In this document: piece by piece, positions 27,165-36,160 of the stretch | Position numbering within the stretch: position 1 is the stretch's first letter | How the letters are laid out: each line of letters begins with the position of its first letter | NCBI RefSeq assembly: GCF_002646595.1 | Contig: NZ_PDUD01000019.1 | Location: 109,128-173,127 of the forward strand | Reading direction: 5' to 3' | Length of the DNA stretch: 64,000 nt | DNA from: Flavilitoribacter nigricans DSM 23189 = NBRC 102662 | GTDB lineage: Bacteria > Bacteroidota > Bacteroidia > Chitinophagales > Saprospiraceae | Notes under the pieces: generated by a model | What the model was told of the DNA's origin: nothing | The model's database searches: none | Seen by the model: the letters and a program-made list of their open reading frames with translations, nothing else | Made by a program: the position numbers and the translations under genes

Positions 27165-27183
27165 ATAGGTATTTCTACCTGTT
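27165..27183. promoter_or_regulatory. palindromic operator-like site, copy 2
   Basis: See copy 1. 164 bp separates the two copies. Confidence 0.45.
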
Positions 27184-27646
27184 TCGGCCCGGTTATCTTG
27201 AAAAAGTGGAAATTGACCGGTAACTTTATGTACATTGGAGATATAGATAACTAGTAGAAGTGTAGCGTATTACAATATTTATATCCCTACGCGATTCTCC
27301 TGATTATTCAACTTATCCGGTATTAATACGGCCCACGGTAATTAAAAACGCTACAATCTCAAACCATGAATGATCAGGCCGTTATTCCCGGAACGCACAA
27401 AATCACCACCAGCTAATAATCATTTCGTACCATCCCGTGATTAATTAAGTCCTATTATTAATTCGGACGGTTTATCCGTCCGCGATCAACAGTCTCCTTC
27501 AGATTTAACGTATTTATCGGATCACTGACCGCTTTATTGCCGGTCAGCTTGCAGGCCATTTTTATGCCCTGAATGAACGAATGATCCAAGAAAATAAACT
27601 GAACGTTTTCAATTTCCGAATAAATTTTCACCTAAAACCCACTTAA

Positions 27647-28159
27647 ATGAACTGGAAAATCAATTACTGGACGGTATTATTTGCCATTACGGCACTGGGA
27701 TTCTTGATCTATGCTTTTACCAGGCCGGATTGTCCTCCTGTAGGATCATCTCCTTCCGTATGTTATGCTCCACCCGATACACTAACCCCGCAAGAGGCTA
27801 TTAACCGGCTCTGGCCCTATACTCTGTTCATTGAGAACTACAAAAATACTATCGAGGAGATCGCAAAAGAAAACCCCAAACTTGACTCCTTGGTTTCGGA
27901 CATCTCCAATTTGAACCTTCGCTACTTTCACCTACCCAGATGTGAACTCAATGAAATGCTGAGAAGAAGGCCAGACGGGGATGCTTACGGATATCTGATG
28001 CTGGAAGATGATCCGCGAAATCCCGGAAAAAAGCAGATATCGTTAATGTTCTACGATAAGGTATTACCGCCGGATATAAATCCAGAATCGCTTGATGATG
28101 ATGATGGGACTTTTTATGATTTCATAAATCCATGCCCAACGATATGTGGAGGACAATAG
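27647..28159 (+). CDS. hypothetical membrane-anchored protein (170 aa), low-GC gene
   Basis: N-terminal TM helix, Cys-containing, acidic C-terminus. GC about 43% against about 57% for neighbouring genes. Confidence 0.45.
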   Translation: MNWKINYWTVLFAITALGFLIYAFTRPDCPPVGSSPSVCYAPPDTLTPQEAINRLWPYTLFIENYKNTIEEIAKENPKLDSLVSDISNLNLRYFHLPRCELNEMLRRRPDGDAYGYLMLEDDPRNPGKKQISLMFYDKVLPPDINPESLDDDDGTFYDFINPCPTICGGQ

Positions 28160-28258
28160 TATAGAATGCCTTTCACAACTTTGGACACATTATCAGAATA
28201 ACCTGAGTTTAAAGCTTTCCGGGGAGGCTTTCCCCGGAAAGCTAAAATCAATAGTAGG

Positions 28259-28906
28259 ATGCAAACTATACTAAGTTGGTTAATTAATATTACACTCCTG
28301 ATTTTAGCAGTAAATGTCTTTGCTTTTTTGAAGGCATTGAAATATTTGCCCTCATTTCATAAATGGTTTGCTTTTTTTCTGACAACTGGTTTAATTGTCC
28401 AGATATTTGCACAAATATTATCGATTTCAGCGATAAACAACCTTCCATTACTTCATTTCTATACCTTTTTTGAATTCATCTTTTTATCCTTATTCTATCA
28501 AAAGCTACTTCAGCAGATCCCCGCTAAAAATTTCGGCTATTTCATTATAGCGATCTGTGTCATTATTATTTTAAACACCTGCTTTATTCAGTCCTTATTT
28601 AGCTTCAACAGTATAGCGAAAACAATCACCCACGCTGCCTATATTGGCTATGCATTATTTTATTTTTTCGGACGCATAAAGTCAGGATCGGTATTTATGA
28701 ATTTGATTAATTCAGCGGTGCTGATATATTATTCAGGGAGCCTGTTTATCTTTATGTTTACCAATATACTGACCTATTTTGAAGAACTCATTCCATACTA
28801 TGATTATCTTTGGATTAGCAATGCATTACTCTATCTAATCTTCCAGTTAATCGTATTATACGGGCTATGGAAAACGGTTTACAGGCCAATGAAATTTTCA
28901 CCATGA
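28259..28906 (+). CDS. polytopic membrane protein (about 5-6 TM helices), low-GC; possible sensor or accessory to the downstream histidine kinase
   Basis: Highly hydrophobic 215-aa ORF with AT-rich codons. Overlaps the HK start by 40 nt in another frame. Confidence 0.5.
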   Translation: MQTILSWLINITLLILAVNVFAFLKALKYLPSFHKWFAFFLTTGLIVQIFAQILSISAINNLPLLHFYTFFEFIFLSLFYQKLLQQIPAKNFGYFIIAICVIIILNTCFIQSLFSFNSIAKTITHAAYIGYALFYFFGRIKSGSVFMNLINSAVLIYYSGSLFIFMFTNILTYFEELIPYYDYLWISNALLYLIFQLIVLYGLWKTVYRPMKFSP

Positions 28907-29676
28907 TCATGCTAGGGATCGTGATCATGTTATGTCTGGCCGTAGCCTTTGTTTTACTGGCCAACCGATCTCAGAAAAGGATCTACCGGGAACAAATGAA
29001 GGCCAAGGCCCTGCAACTCGCCCACCAGGAACAACTGCTCTACAGTACGATCCTGACCCAGGAAGAGGAGCGCAAGCGTATCGCCAAGGACCTGCACGAT
29101 GAGATCGGTTCCAAGCTTAATGTGATCAACCTCAACCTCCACCGCTTGCGCAAATTTGCTACCGAACCGACCGTGATCACCGATACCGTCCACGACCTCT
29201 TTGAGATCATTGGCAATACCATCGATACGACGCGGCGCATTTCTCACGATCTGCTGCCGCCAACCCTCGAAAATTTCGGTTTGCGGGAAGCCGTCCGTGA
29301 GCTGTGCGAAAGTTATCCCGGCGGCACCGCGCCGGAAGTAGTGTTTGATCTGCTGCAGGATCATCCACTCCGGGTGGATAAATCGATCGAACTGAATGTT
29401 TTCCGCATCCTGCAGGAGTTGATCAATAACTCTATCCGCCACGGCCGGGCAAGCCGGATCGGGATCCGATTGTGGCTGAAACCGGATGGCATTTCACTCG
29501 GTTACCAGGATAACGGCCGGGGGTTCGATCCGGAAAAGGTCCGGGAAAATCCGGGTTTGGGACTGCAAAACATCCAAAGCCGGATCAATATGATCGGAGC
29601 GGATTACCAGCTCCAGTCCCAGCCGGGCAAGGGGGTACAGGTCCAGATCGATTATCGGATCCATAAAGTACCGTAG
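28867..29676 (+). CDS. sensor histidine kinase, HisKA_3/NarL-partner type
   Basis: Single TM, then coiled coil and H-box 'LHDEIGSKLNVINLNL', HATPase_c motifs ('LQELINNSIRHG', 'DNGRGFD', 'GLGLQNIQSRI'). Confidence 0.8.
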   Translation: MENGLQANEIFTMIMLGIVIMLCLAVAFVLLANRSQKRIYREQMKAKALQLAHQEQLLYSTILTQEEERKRIAKDLHDEIGSKLNVINLNLHRLRKFATEPTVITDTVHDLFEIIGNTIDTTRRISHDLLPPTLENFGLREAVRELCESYPGGTAPEVVFDLLQDHPLRVDKSIELNVFRILQELINNSIRHGRASRIGIRLWLKPDGISLGYQDNGRGFDPEKVRENPGLGLQNIQSRINMIGADYQLQSQPGKGVQVQIDYRIHKVP

Positions 29677-29714
29677 CACCCGGAATTCTCCTTGAAAAAA
29701 GAACAAACCTATAA

Positions 29715-30425
29715 TTGCAAATAAATACTCCGTTTAAACTTATGATCAATCTAGCCATAGCCGAAGACGAAGCCTTATTCCGCAAGGGCATGATCGCTTT
29801 GCTCGAAGGAGAACCCGATCTCCGGATCTGTTTTGAAGCCGGGGACGGACAGGAACTCCTGCAAAAACTGAAATCCGCCGACCTGCTGCCCGATATCCTG
29901 CTGCTCGATCTGAAAATGCCGAAACTCAACGGCATCGAAGTAGCCAAGATCATTCGCGAAGAGTACCCCAGTCTGCGGATCATCGTGCTGTCTACCTATT
30001 TCAGCAAAGCTTTCATCATCAATATGATCGAACTGGGAGCCGGCGCCTACCTCCCGAAAAACGCCACGCCCGACCAGGTGATCAGTAGTATTCACGAGGT
30101 GTATCAGAAAGGCTTCAGTTACGATCAGGCGGTCATGGAGGTGATCCGCGATAACATGATCCATAAAACCCGCCCCAAAGCAGACCTGCAGACCGGCTAC
30201 GACATTACTGCCCGCGAAAGTGAGGTCCTTCAGTTGATCTGTGAGGAATACACCACCCCCGAAATCGCCGAACGACTCTATATCAGTCCGCGCACCGTGG
30301 ACGGTCACCGGAATAACCTGCTGCAAAAACTCGGCTGCCGCAATGTTGCGGGGCTGGTGGTCTTTGCCCTGCAGCACCAGCTCGTAACGATTCGCCCTGA
30401 AACTTTTTGGTTCCGAAAGGGGTAA
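29715..30425 (+). CDS. response regulator, NarL/LuxR family (REC plus LuxR-type HTH)
   Basis: Receiver Asp in 'LLLDLKMP'. C-terminal 'LTARESEVLQLICEEYTTPEIAERLYISPRTVDGHRNNLLQKLG' is a LuxR HTH. Confidence 0.85.
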   Translation: MQINTPFKLMINLAIAEDEALFRKGMIALLEGEPDLRICFEAGDGQELLQKLKSADLLPDILLLDLKMPKLNGIEVAKIIREEYPSLRIIVLSTYFSKAFIINMIELGAGAYLPKNATPDQVISSIHEVYQKGFSYDQAVMEVIRDNMIHKTRPKADLQTGYDITARESEVLQLICEEYTTPEIAERLYISPRTVDGHRNNLLQKLGCRNVAGLVVFALQHQLVTIRPETFWFRKG

Positions 30426-30629
30426 AATCTAAATTAAAGGGTAGATTTGGTTATTCTAATGATCGTCGACAGCCCGGCTGCGTTCCAAAATGCGAGGCCG
30501 CGCTCCCCTACCCCCGACAATCCGCTACTTCTCAGCAAATTGCAGATTGACAAAGTGCGGAAAAATGTGCAAATTAGTATTCCTACCCAACATTTGGGGA
30601 CGAACGGCTGACGACATAAATTCCCTGGC

Positions 30630-31181
30630 ATGCAGGAACTGATCAACATTCTCTTCTGGATAGGCACGATTGCCGGTGGGCTGATGGTCATTCTATTGCT
30701 CATTTCCATTTTTGCCGGCCTTGAGATCGGTGGAGACCTCGATGTTATCGGGGACGGAGATAGTCCGGCCGATGCGGCCGACGGTTCCTTCGGTATCATC
30801 AAAACCCTGCTCACTTTTGTTTCCGTCGGTTCCTTCACCGCCCGGGCCATATTTCTGAACACCTCCTGGTCCTGGCCGGTCGCTACCCTTTCCGCCCTGA
30901 TATCCGGCATTGCCGCCGTTTTACTGCTGAGTTGGTTTTTCCGCTGGTTGCTCAGAAACCAGGAAGAAGGCAACTGGCACCTCTGGCAGGCCGAAGGTAA
31001 GATGGGCGTAGTGCACGTACCGATCCCTCCCGACGGCAAAGGCCGCATTATGGTCCAGATCGACGACGCCCGCCGGGAGATCAGCGCCCGCTCACAAAGC
31101 GGTCAGGCTATGGGTACCCACGATAAGGTACTGGTGGTGGAAGCCAAAGAAGATCACGTGATCGTTGCACCAATGGAATAA
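30630..31181 (+). CDS. NfeD-like membrane protein (OB-fold), partner of the flotillin gene
   Basis: Two or three TM helices followed by a C-terminal soluble beta domain. Sits immediately upstream of the SPFH/flotillin gene, the typical arrangement. Confidence 0.55.
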   Translation: MQELINILFWIGTIAGGLMVILLLISIFAGLEIGGDLDVIGDGDSPADAADGSFGIIKTLLTFVSVGSFTARAIFLNTSWSWPVATLSALISGIAAVLLLSWFFRWLLRNQEEGNWHLWQAEGKMGVVHVPIPPDGKGRIMVQIDDARREISARSQSGQAMGTHDKVLVVEAKEDHVIVAPME

Positions 31182-31225
31182 CAAGATTTTGCCTCAATTT
31201 ATACGACAATAATAAACCTGAAACC

Positions 31226-32776
31226 ATGAAACATTTCCAGCTTCTCCTGCTCAGGAACTTAAAAAAGGCCGGCGCTTCGGGCCTCGCGCTACTATTGGCT
31301 ACGCCTTTGTTGGCCCAGTTCGATGGAGGAATTACCGGTAGCGGCATGTCGGCACTACTACCCATTCTCCTGGTGGTCGCGCTGCTGTTTTTTCTGCTCT
31401 GGTTCTTTGTATCCCGCTACCGGCGTTGCCCGTCCGACAAGATCCTCGTGATCTACGGTAAAACCGGCAAAGGTAGTGCCAACTGTATCCACGGGGGTGC
31501 CGCTTTTGTCTGGCCCGTTATCCAGGACTATCAGTACCTGGATCTGCAACCCATGTCGATCGATGTGAACCTGCAGGATGCGCTTTCCAAACAAAACATC
31601 CGGGTATCCGTACCCGCCCAGTTTACCGTAGCGATCGGTAACGAGCCTACCCTCATGACTTCGGCGGCCGAACGCCTGCTGGGGATGCAAAAGGATGCCA
31701 TCCGGCACCTGGCCCACGATATCATCATGGGGCAGATGCGCCTGGTAATCGCCAATATGGATATTGAAGAGTTGAATTCCGACCGCGATAAGTTTGTAAC
31801 TTCCGTATACGAACACGTCGGGGACGAACTCCATAAGATCGGCCTGAGCCTGATTAACGTGAACGTCACCGATATTCACGACGAATCCGGTTATATCAAA
31901 GCCCTGGGCCAGGAAGCCGCCGCCAAAGCCATCAACGATGCCAAAGTAAAAGTGGCCAAAGAAGAACGGACCGGTGCCATCGGGCAGGCGGAAGCGGATA
32001 AGGAACGGCGTACCTCCGTAGCGGCTGCCGACTCCGCGGCTGAGATCGGAGAAAAGAACGCCCAGGCCGACGCCATCAAAGGAAAGAACCTCGCGGATAT
32101 CCAGATTGCGAAGTCGGATGCCGACCGGCGCCAGCAGGTAGCCGAAGCGAATAAAACTGCAGAAGTAACGGAAAAAACCACCGAAGCTGAAGCGCAAAGA
32201 GCAGCCTACCTGGCCCAGAAAGAAGCCGAGGAAGCGCGCAAGGAACGGGAACTCGCCGCCCGCCGGGCCAATGAAGTCGTCCAATCTCAGATCGAGAAAG
32301 AAAAGACTGTGATCGCGGCCGAAGCGGAAGCAGAACACAAACGCAAAGTAGCCGAAGGGGAAGCTGCCGCCATCCTGGCCAATTACGAGGCCCAGGCGGA
32401 AGGTATCCGCAAGGTACTGGACGCACAGGCCGCCGGTTTTCAGAAACTGGTGGATGCCGCCAACGGGAATCCCCAGGCCGCTATCGGATTGTTGATGGTG
32501 GATAAGATCCCCGAACTCGCCAAACTGCAGGCGGAAGCCATTAAAAACATCAAATTCGATAAGGTCACCGTTTTTGACGGAGGCGACGGGCAGGGAGCTG
32601 CCGGTTTCATGAGTGGCCTGTTCAAGGCTATTCCCGCACTGAGCGAATTTATGAACCAGTCGGGCCTCAGCCTGCCCGAGTACCTGGCCAAAAACGGCAA
32701 TGGTAATGGCCATGGCAACGGCAACGGCGAACCGGCCGAAAAAGAAGTGATCATTAAAAAAACGAAAAAAGAATAG
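31226..32776 (+). CDS. flotillin-like SPFH/band-7 family protein (YqiK-like)
   Basis: N-terminal TM, SPFH domain, long Ala/Glu/Lys-rich coiled-coil region typical of flotillins. 516 aa. Confidence 0.75.
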   Translation: MKHFQLLLLRNLKKAGASGLALLLATPLLAQFDGGITGSGMSALLPILLVVALLFFLLWFFVSRYRRCPSDKILVIYGKTGKGSANCIHGGAAFVWPVIQDYQYLDLQPMSIDVNLQDALSKQNIRVSVPAQFTVAIGNEPTLMTSAAERLLGMQKDAIRHLAHDIIMGQMRLVIANMDIEELNSDRDKFVTSVYEHVGDELHKIGLSLINVNVTDIHDESGYIKALGQEAAAKAINDAKVKVAKEERTGAIGQAEADKERRTSVAAADSAAEIGEKNAQADAIKGKNLADIQIAKSDADRRQQVAEANKTAEVTEKTTEAEAQRAAYLAQKEAEEARKERELAARRANEVVQSQIEKEKTVIAAEAEAEHKRKVAEGEAAAILANYEAQAEGIRKVLDAQAAGFQKLVDAANGNPQAAIGLLMVDKIPELAKLQAEAIKNIKFDKVTVFDGGDGQGAAGFMSGLFKAIPALSEFMNQSGLSLPEYLAKNGNGNGHGNGNGEPAEKEVIIKKTKKE

Positions 32777-32994
32777 AGCATACGGATTACCATCCGACAA
32801 CGGGCTAAAGCCCGACCGTCGGATGGTGGTCCCGCCGGCTCAACTCCGGCAAGTATCTGGCCGTCTCCGCTTTACACATTAAAGACCAGATAGCGTCTGG
32901 TTGAAATGTTTCCACCCATCACCTTCCCGTATCCTCCGGAACTGTTTTCCCGCTATAAAAATTCAAGTCTTACCCCAGGGGAGTTTAGTAGATT

Positions 32995-34341
32995 GTGCGT
33001 CCTAATAACGTTACCACAAAATCAACAACCATTATGAATCGCAATTTACTGGTACTCTGTCTGCCCTGTCTGGCCGTACTGGCCTTATCATCCTGTAGCC
33101 CTAAAATAGCCCAATCTGCCTATCTGACCGACGATGGCGCCTGGTGCTGGTTTTCCGACCCGCGGGCGATCATCCACGATGAGGAAGTGATCACCGGCTG
33201 GGTAAAAGCGGACGGCACCATCGAAGCTGCATCGCTCAATCTGGACAACAATAAGATCACCACCAAGGATCTGTATCCGGACCTGCAATCCGACGATCAC
33301 GATAACCCGGCCTTCGTGGAAACGGCCGAAGGCAATATCATCGCTACTTACACGACCCATTCCGGGCCCGACGGCTTTTTTATCAATACTACCAGTAAAG
33401 GAGGGGATGTCAGTAGCTTCAGCAAAGCGGAACAGATCTACCTCCTGGATTCCACCCAACTGGAGGAATTTCCAAAAGTGCACGTGACCTACGCCAACCC
33501 CTACCGCCTGGAAGCGGAAGATGGACGCCTGTATTGCTTCGGCCGCTGGACGGGCTACAAACCGAATGTCATGTGGTCCGATGATGATGGGGAAAGCTGG
33601 ACCAAAAGCAAGGTCTTTATTACCAACTACCCCTTCGATCCGAATAACCGCCCTTACGCAAAGTACTATTCCGACGGCAAATCCCGCATCCACATCATCT
33701 TTACGGATGGGCACCCGCGGGTGGAACCGACCAACTCCGTGTATTATGCCTATTACGAAAATGGTGCATTTTACCGGGCGGACGGTACCCAGATCGCCGA
33801 TATGAATACCATCCCGTTCGAACCCAAAGACGCTACGGTGATCTACCAGTCGACGGAAACGGAAGGTCGCGCCTGGATCGCCGATGTGGCCGCCGACGAG
33901 CAGGGCAATCCGGTGATCCTCTACACCCGGAGCCCCAGTGAGACGGACCACCGCTACTGGTACGCCAAATACGACGGCAGGAAATGGTTCAACACGGAAA
34001 TGGTAGCGGCCGGGAAATGGTTCCCCCAGACCCAGGAGGGCAAGACGGAGCGCGAACCGCACTATTTCGGCAACCTCACCGTCAACCCGAACAACACAAA
34101 TGTCGTTTACCTGTCCCGGGAGATCAATGACGTTTTTGAGATCGAAAGGTGGGAAACCAAGAACAACGGACTCACCTGGAAAAGCCAGGCGATCACCAAA
34201 GATTCACAACTGGATAATATCCGACCCTATATCCCCCGGAACGGAGACGGCGATACGGAGATCGTGCTCTGGATGGAAAATGAAAAGTATATTCACTACA
34301 CGAATTACAAAACGGCGATCCGCTACTACCGGCATAAATAG
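32995..34341 (+). CDS. BNR-repeat (sialidase-like beta-propeller) family protein, secreted lipoprotein
   Basis: BNR/Asp-box motifs 'SDDDGESWTK' and 'TKNNGLTWKS'. Lipoprotein signal (LALSSC). Confidence 0.55.
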   Translation: MRPNNVTTKSTTIMNRNLLVLCLPCLAVLALSSCSPKIAQSAYLTDDGAWCWFSDPRAIIHDEEVITGWVKADGTIEAASLNLDNNKITTKDLYPDLQSDDHDNPAFVETAEGNIIATYTTHSGPDGFFINTTSKGGDVSSFSKAEQIYLLDSTQLEEFPKVHVTYANPYRLEAEDGRLYCFGRWTGYKPNVMWSDDDGESWTKSKVFITNYPFDPNNRPYAKYYSDGKSRIHIIFTDGHPRVEPTNSVYYAYYENGAFYRADGTQIADMNTIPFEPKDATVIYQSTETEGRAWIADVAADEQGNPVILYTRSPSETDHRYWYAKYDGRKWFNTEMVAAGKWFPQTQEGKTEREPHYFGNLTVNPNNTNVVYLSREINDVFEIERWETKNNGLTWKSQAITKDSQLDNIRPYIPRNGDGDTEIVLWMENEKYIHYTNYKTAIRYYRHK

Positions 34342-34471
34342 TGCTAAAGATTCTACACTCCATACCGGTACGAAATTATCTTACCGGTATGGAGTGCATT
34401 TGAAAAAGAAGGGTTTAACCCCACACGCATCCGGTTATTGGTTCAGCCAATTATCCGATCATTCGGCAACC

Positions 34472-35911
34472 TCAATAATCCTTCCCCGCAGCGCTGTTTT
34501 CTACCGAAGCCTCCCAGCGCTCCCATTCCGACTGCAATCGCTCCAGCAATTCCGGTTTTTCCGCCGCCAGATCAAAAGTTTCGTCCGGATTATCCAGCAG
34601 GTCGAACAGTTGCCAGGCGGCAGCGGCATCTTTCCGGTAGATCTTGTAGCGGGTACCGATGTAGGCCGCCTGCTCCCGAAACAGGAAAGGCAGATATCGC
34701 TCTTCCATTTTTTCGCCGGTCCCTTCCACCAGCGGCAGGATATTCCGGCCATCAAAGGGGCGATCGTAGCGATCCAGATCCACTTGCAGCAAATGGGCGA
34801 TGGTCGGGAAATAATCCGAGGTGTAGGCCGGTACATTGACCACCTGCCCGCCCGCGATCCGCTCCGGCCAGACCATAAGGCCCGGCACCCGGATCCCCCC
34901 TTCGTGCAGACTGCGCTTGCGCCCCTGCAAACCGTAAGTTTGTCCGGCGTGGCGCTGATCCGGCGCTTTGCCTTCCGGGCCGTTATCACTGGTAAAGAAA
35001 AGGAGCGTGTTATCCGCTACGCCCAGTTCCGCCAGGTGGGCCCGCAGGCGACCGATCTGCTCGTCCATCGCGGTAATGCAGCCATAAAATTCCTGCTGAT
35101 CTTCGGATAGCCCTTCGTACAGTGCCCGGTAATTTTCTCCGGTCAGCACGGGTAAGTGGGGCGAATGGAACCAGATCACGCTCAAAAAAGGCCGATCGGC
35201 GGCCACGGCCCCGTCGATAAACGGGATCACGCGATCCATAATGATGCGGGAATCGTCCCCGTCCAGATTGTTGGTTTCGATCGCTCCCGGCCCCGTCCAG
35301 TAGTAGGTACCGAAGTGCGTGCCGGGTTGGCGTTTACCGGTATCCATTGCCGAAGCCGGTGGGGTGACCATCGGATCCCAGGTAGGGACTTTGGACTCCG
35401 TGACGAAAGCGACATCAAAGCCGTTATCCCAGGGCGGTGCGTAGTCTCCGGCAAATTTTGCCTTGCCTCCCCGATTCGCGTCCAGGGTGTCCCGGGTCAG
35501 GGTGCCCAGGTGCCATTTCCCGAAATGCCCGGTCGTATAGCCCCGTTCCCGGACCATTTCGGCCAGACTGATCTCTTCGGGTTTGAGGTGTCCGCAATTG
35601 GCCGTACAGATCCCAAACCGTTCGGGATGGCGACCGGTCATCACACTCGCCCGCGTGGGAGAACAAACCGCTGATGCCGCGTAAAAACGGGTAAATTCTA
35701 CCCCTTCCCGGACCATCTGGTCCAAATGGGGCGTTTGCAGGTAGGGATGCCCGTTATACGCAGCGTCGCCCCACCCCTGATCATCCGTCATGATCAGAAT
35801 GATGTTGGGGCGGCTGTTTTCCGGCTTCGCGTCCTGGGCGTCCACCAGGCCTCCGAACAGCATCAGACACAGGAACAGTATACTCGATTGTTTCATGTAA
35901 AAGCATTTCAT
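34472..35911 (-). CDS. sulfatase (Cys-type)
   Basis: 'CSPTRASVMTG' formylglycine motif, 'IILIMTDDQGWGD', signal peptide. Confidence 0.9.
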   Translation of the reverse strand: MKCFYMKQSSILFLCLMLFGGLVDAQDAKPENSRPNIILIMTDDQGWGDAAYNGHPYLQTPHLDQMVREGVEFTRFYAASAVCSPTRASVMTGRHPERFGICTANCGHLKPEEISLAEMVRERGYTTGHFGKWHLGTLTRDTLDANRGGKAKFAGDYAPPWDNGFDVAFVTESKVPTWDPMVTPPASAMDTGKRQPGTHFGTYYWTGPGAIETNNLDGDDSRIIMDRVIPFIDGAVAADRPFLSVIWFHSPHLPVLTGENYRALYEGLSEDQQEFYGCITAMDEQIGRLRAHLAELGVADNTLLFFTSDNGPEGKAPDQRHAGQTYGLQGRKRSLHEGGIRVPGLMVWPERIAGGQVVNVPAYTSDYFPTIAHLLQVDLDRYDRPFDGRNILPLVEGTGEKMEERYLPFLFREQAAYIGTRYKIYRKDAAAAWQLFDLLDNPDETFDLAAEKPELLERLQSEWERWEASVENSAAGKDY

Positions 35912-36160
35912 TGGGAAGTGATCCGGAATATTTCCTTACCGGCAAAATGCACAATTTCGCCGGGAGTGAAAAATTTTGCGCCCATTGGGTTGAATTCATG
36001 GAAATGTCGGCAACCAAAAAAAGCCGAACTTCCCGTAATGGTATTTTTTCCGGCGGAGCCTTCCAGCAAAAAAAGTATCACTTTCGGCTGATAAATTGGT
36101 AGCCGAACCAGTTGGAGAAAATTACCTTTCCGAAAACAAGGTCCAAAATTCAATTACAGT

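Noticed and set aside
30434-31048. 204-aa minus-strand ORF
   Set aside because: Antisense to the NfeD-like gene and its upstream region. Ser/Pro-rich; no support.
31358-32800. 480-aa minus-strand ORF
   Set aside because: Antisense to the flotillin gene. Low-complexity translation of the Ala/Glu-rich coiled-coil codons.
34100-35110. 336-aa plus-strand ORF spanning the BNR gene end and sulfatase gene
   Set aside because: Overlaps two well-supported genes (BNR protein, sulfatase with CSPTR); Arg/Ser-rich junk translation.
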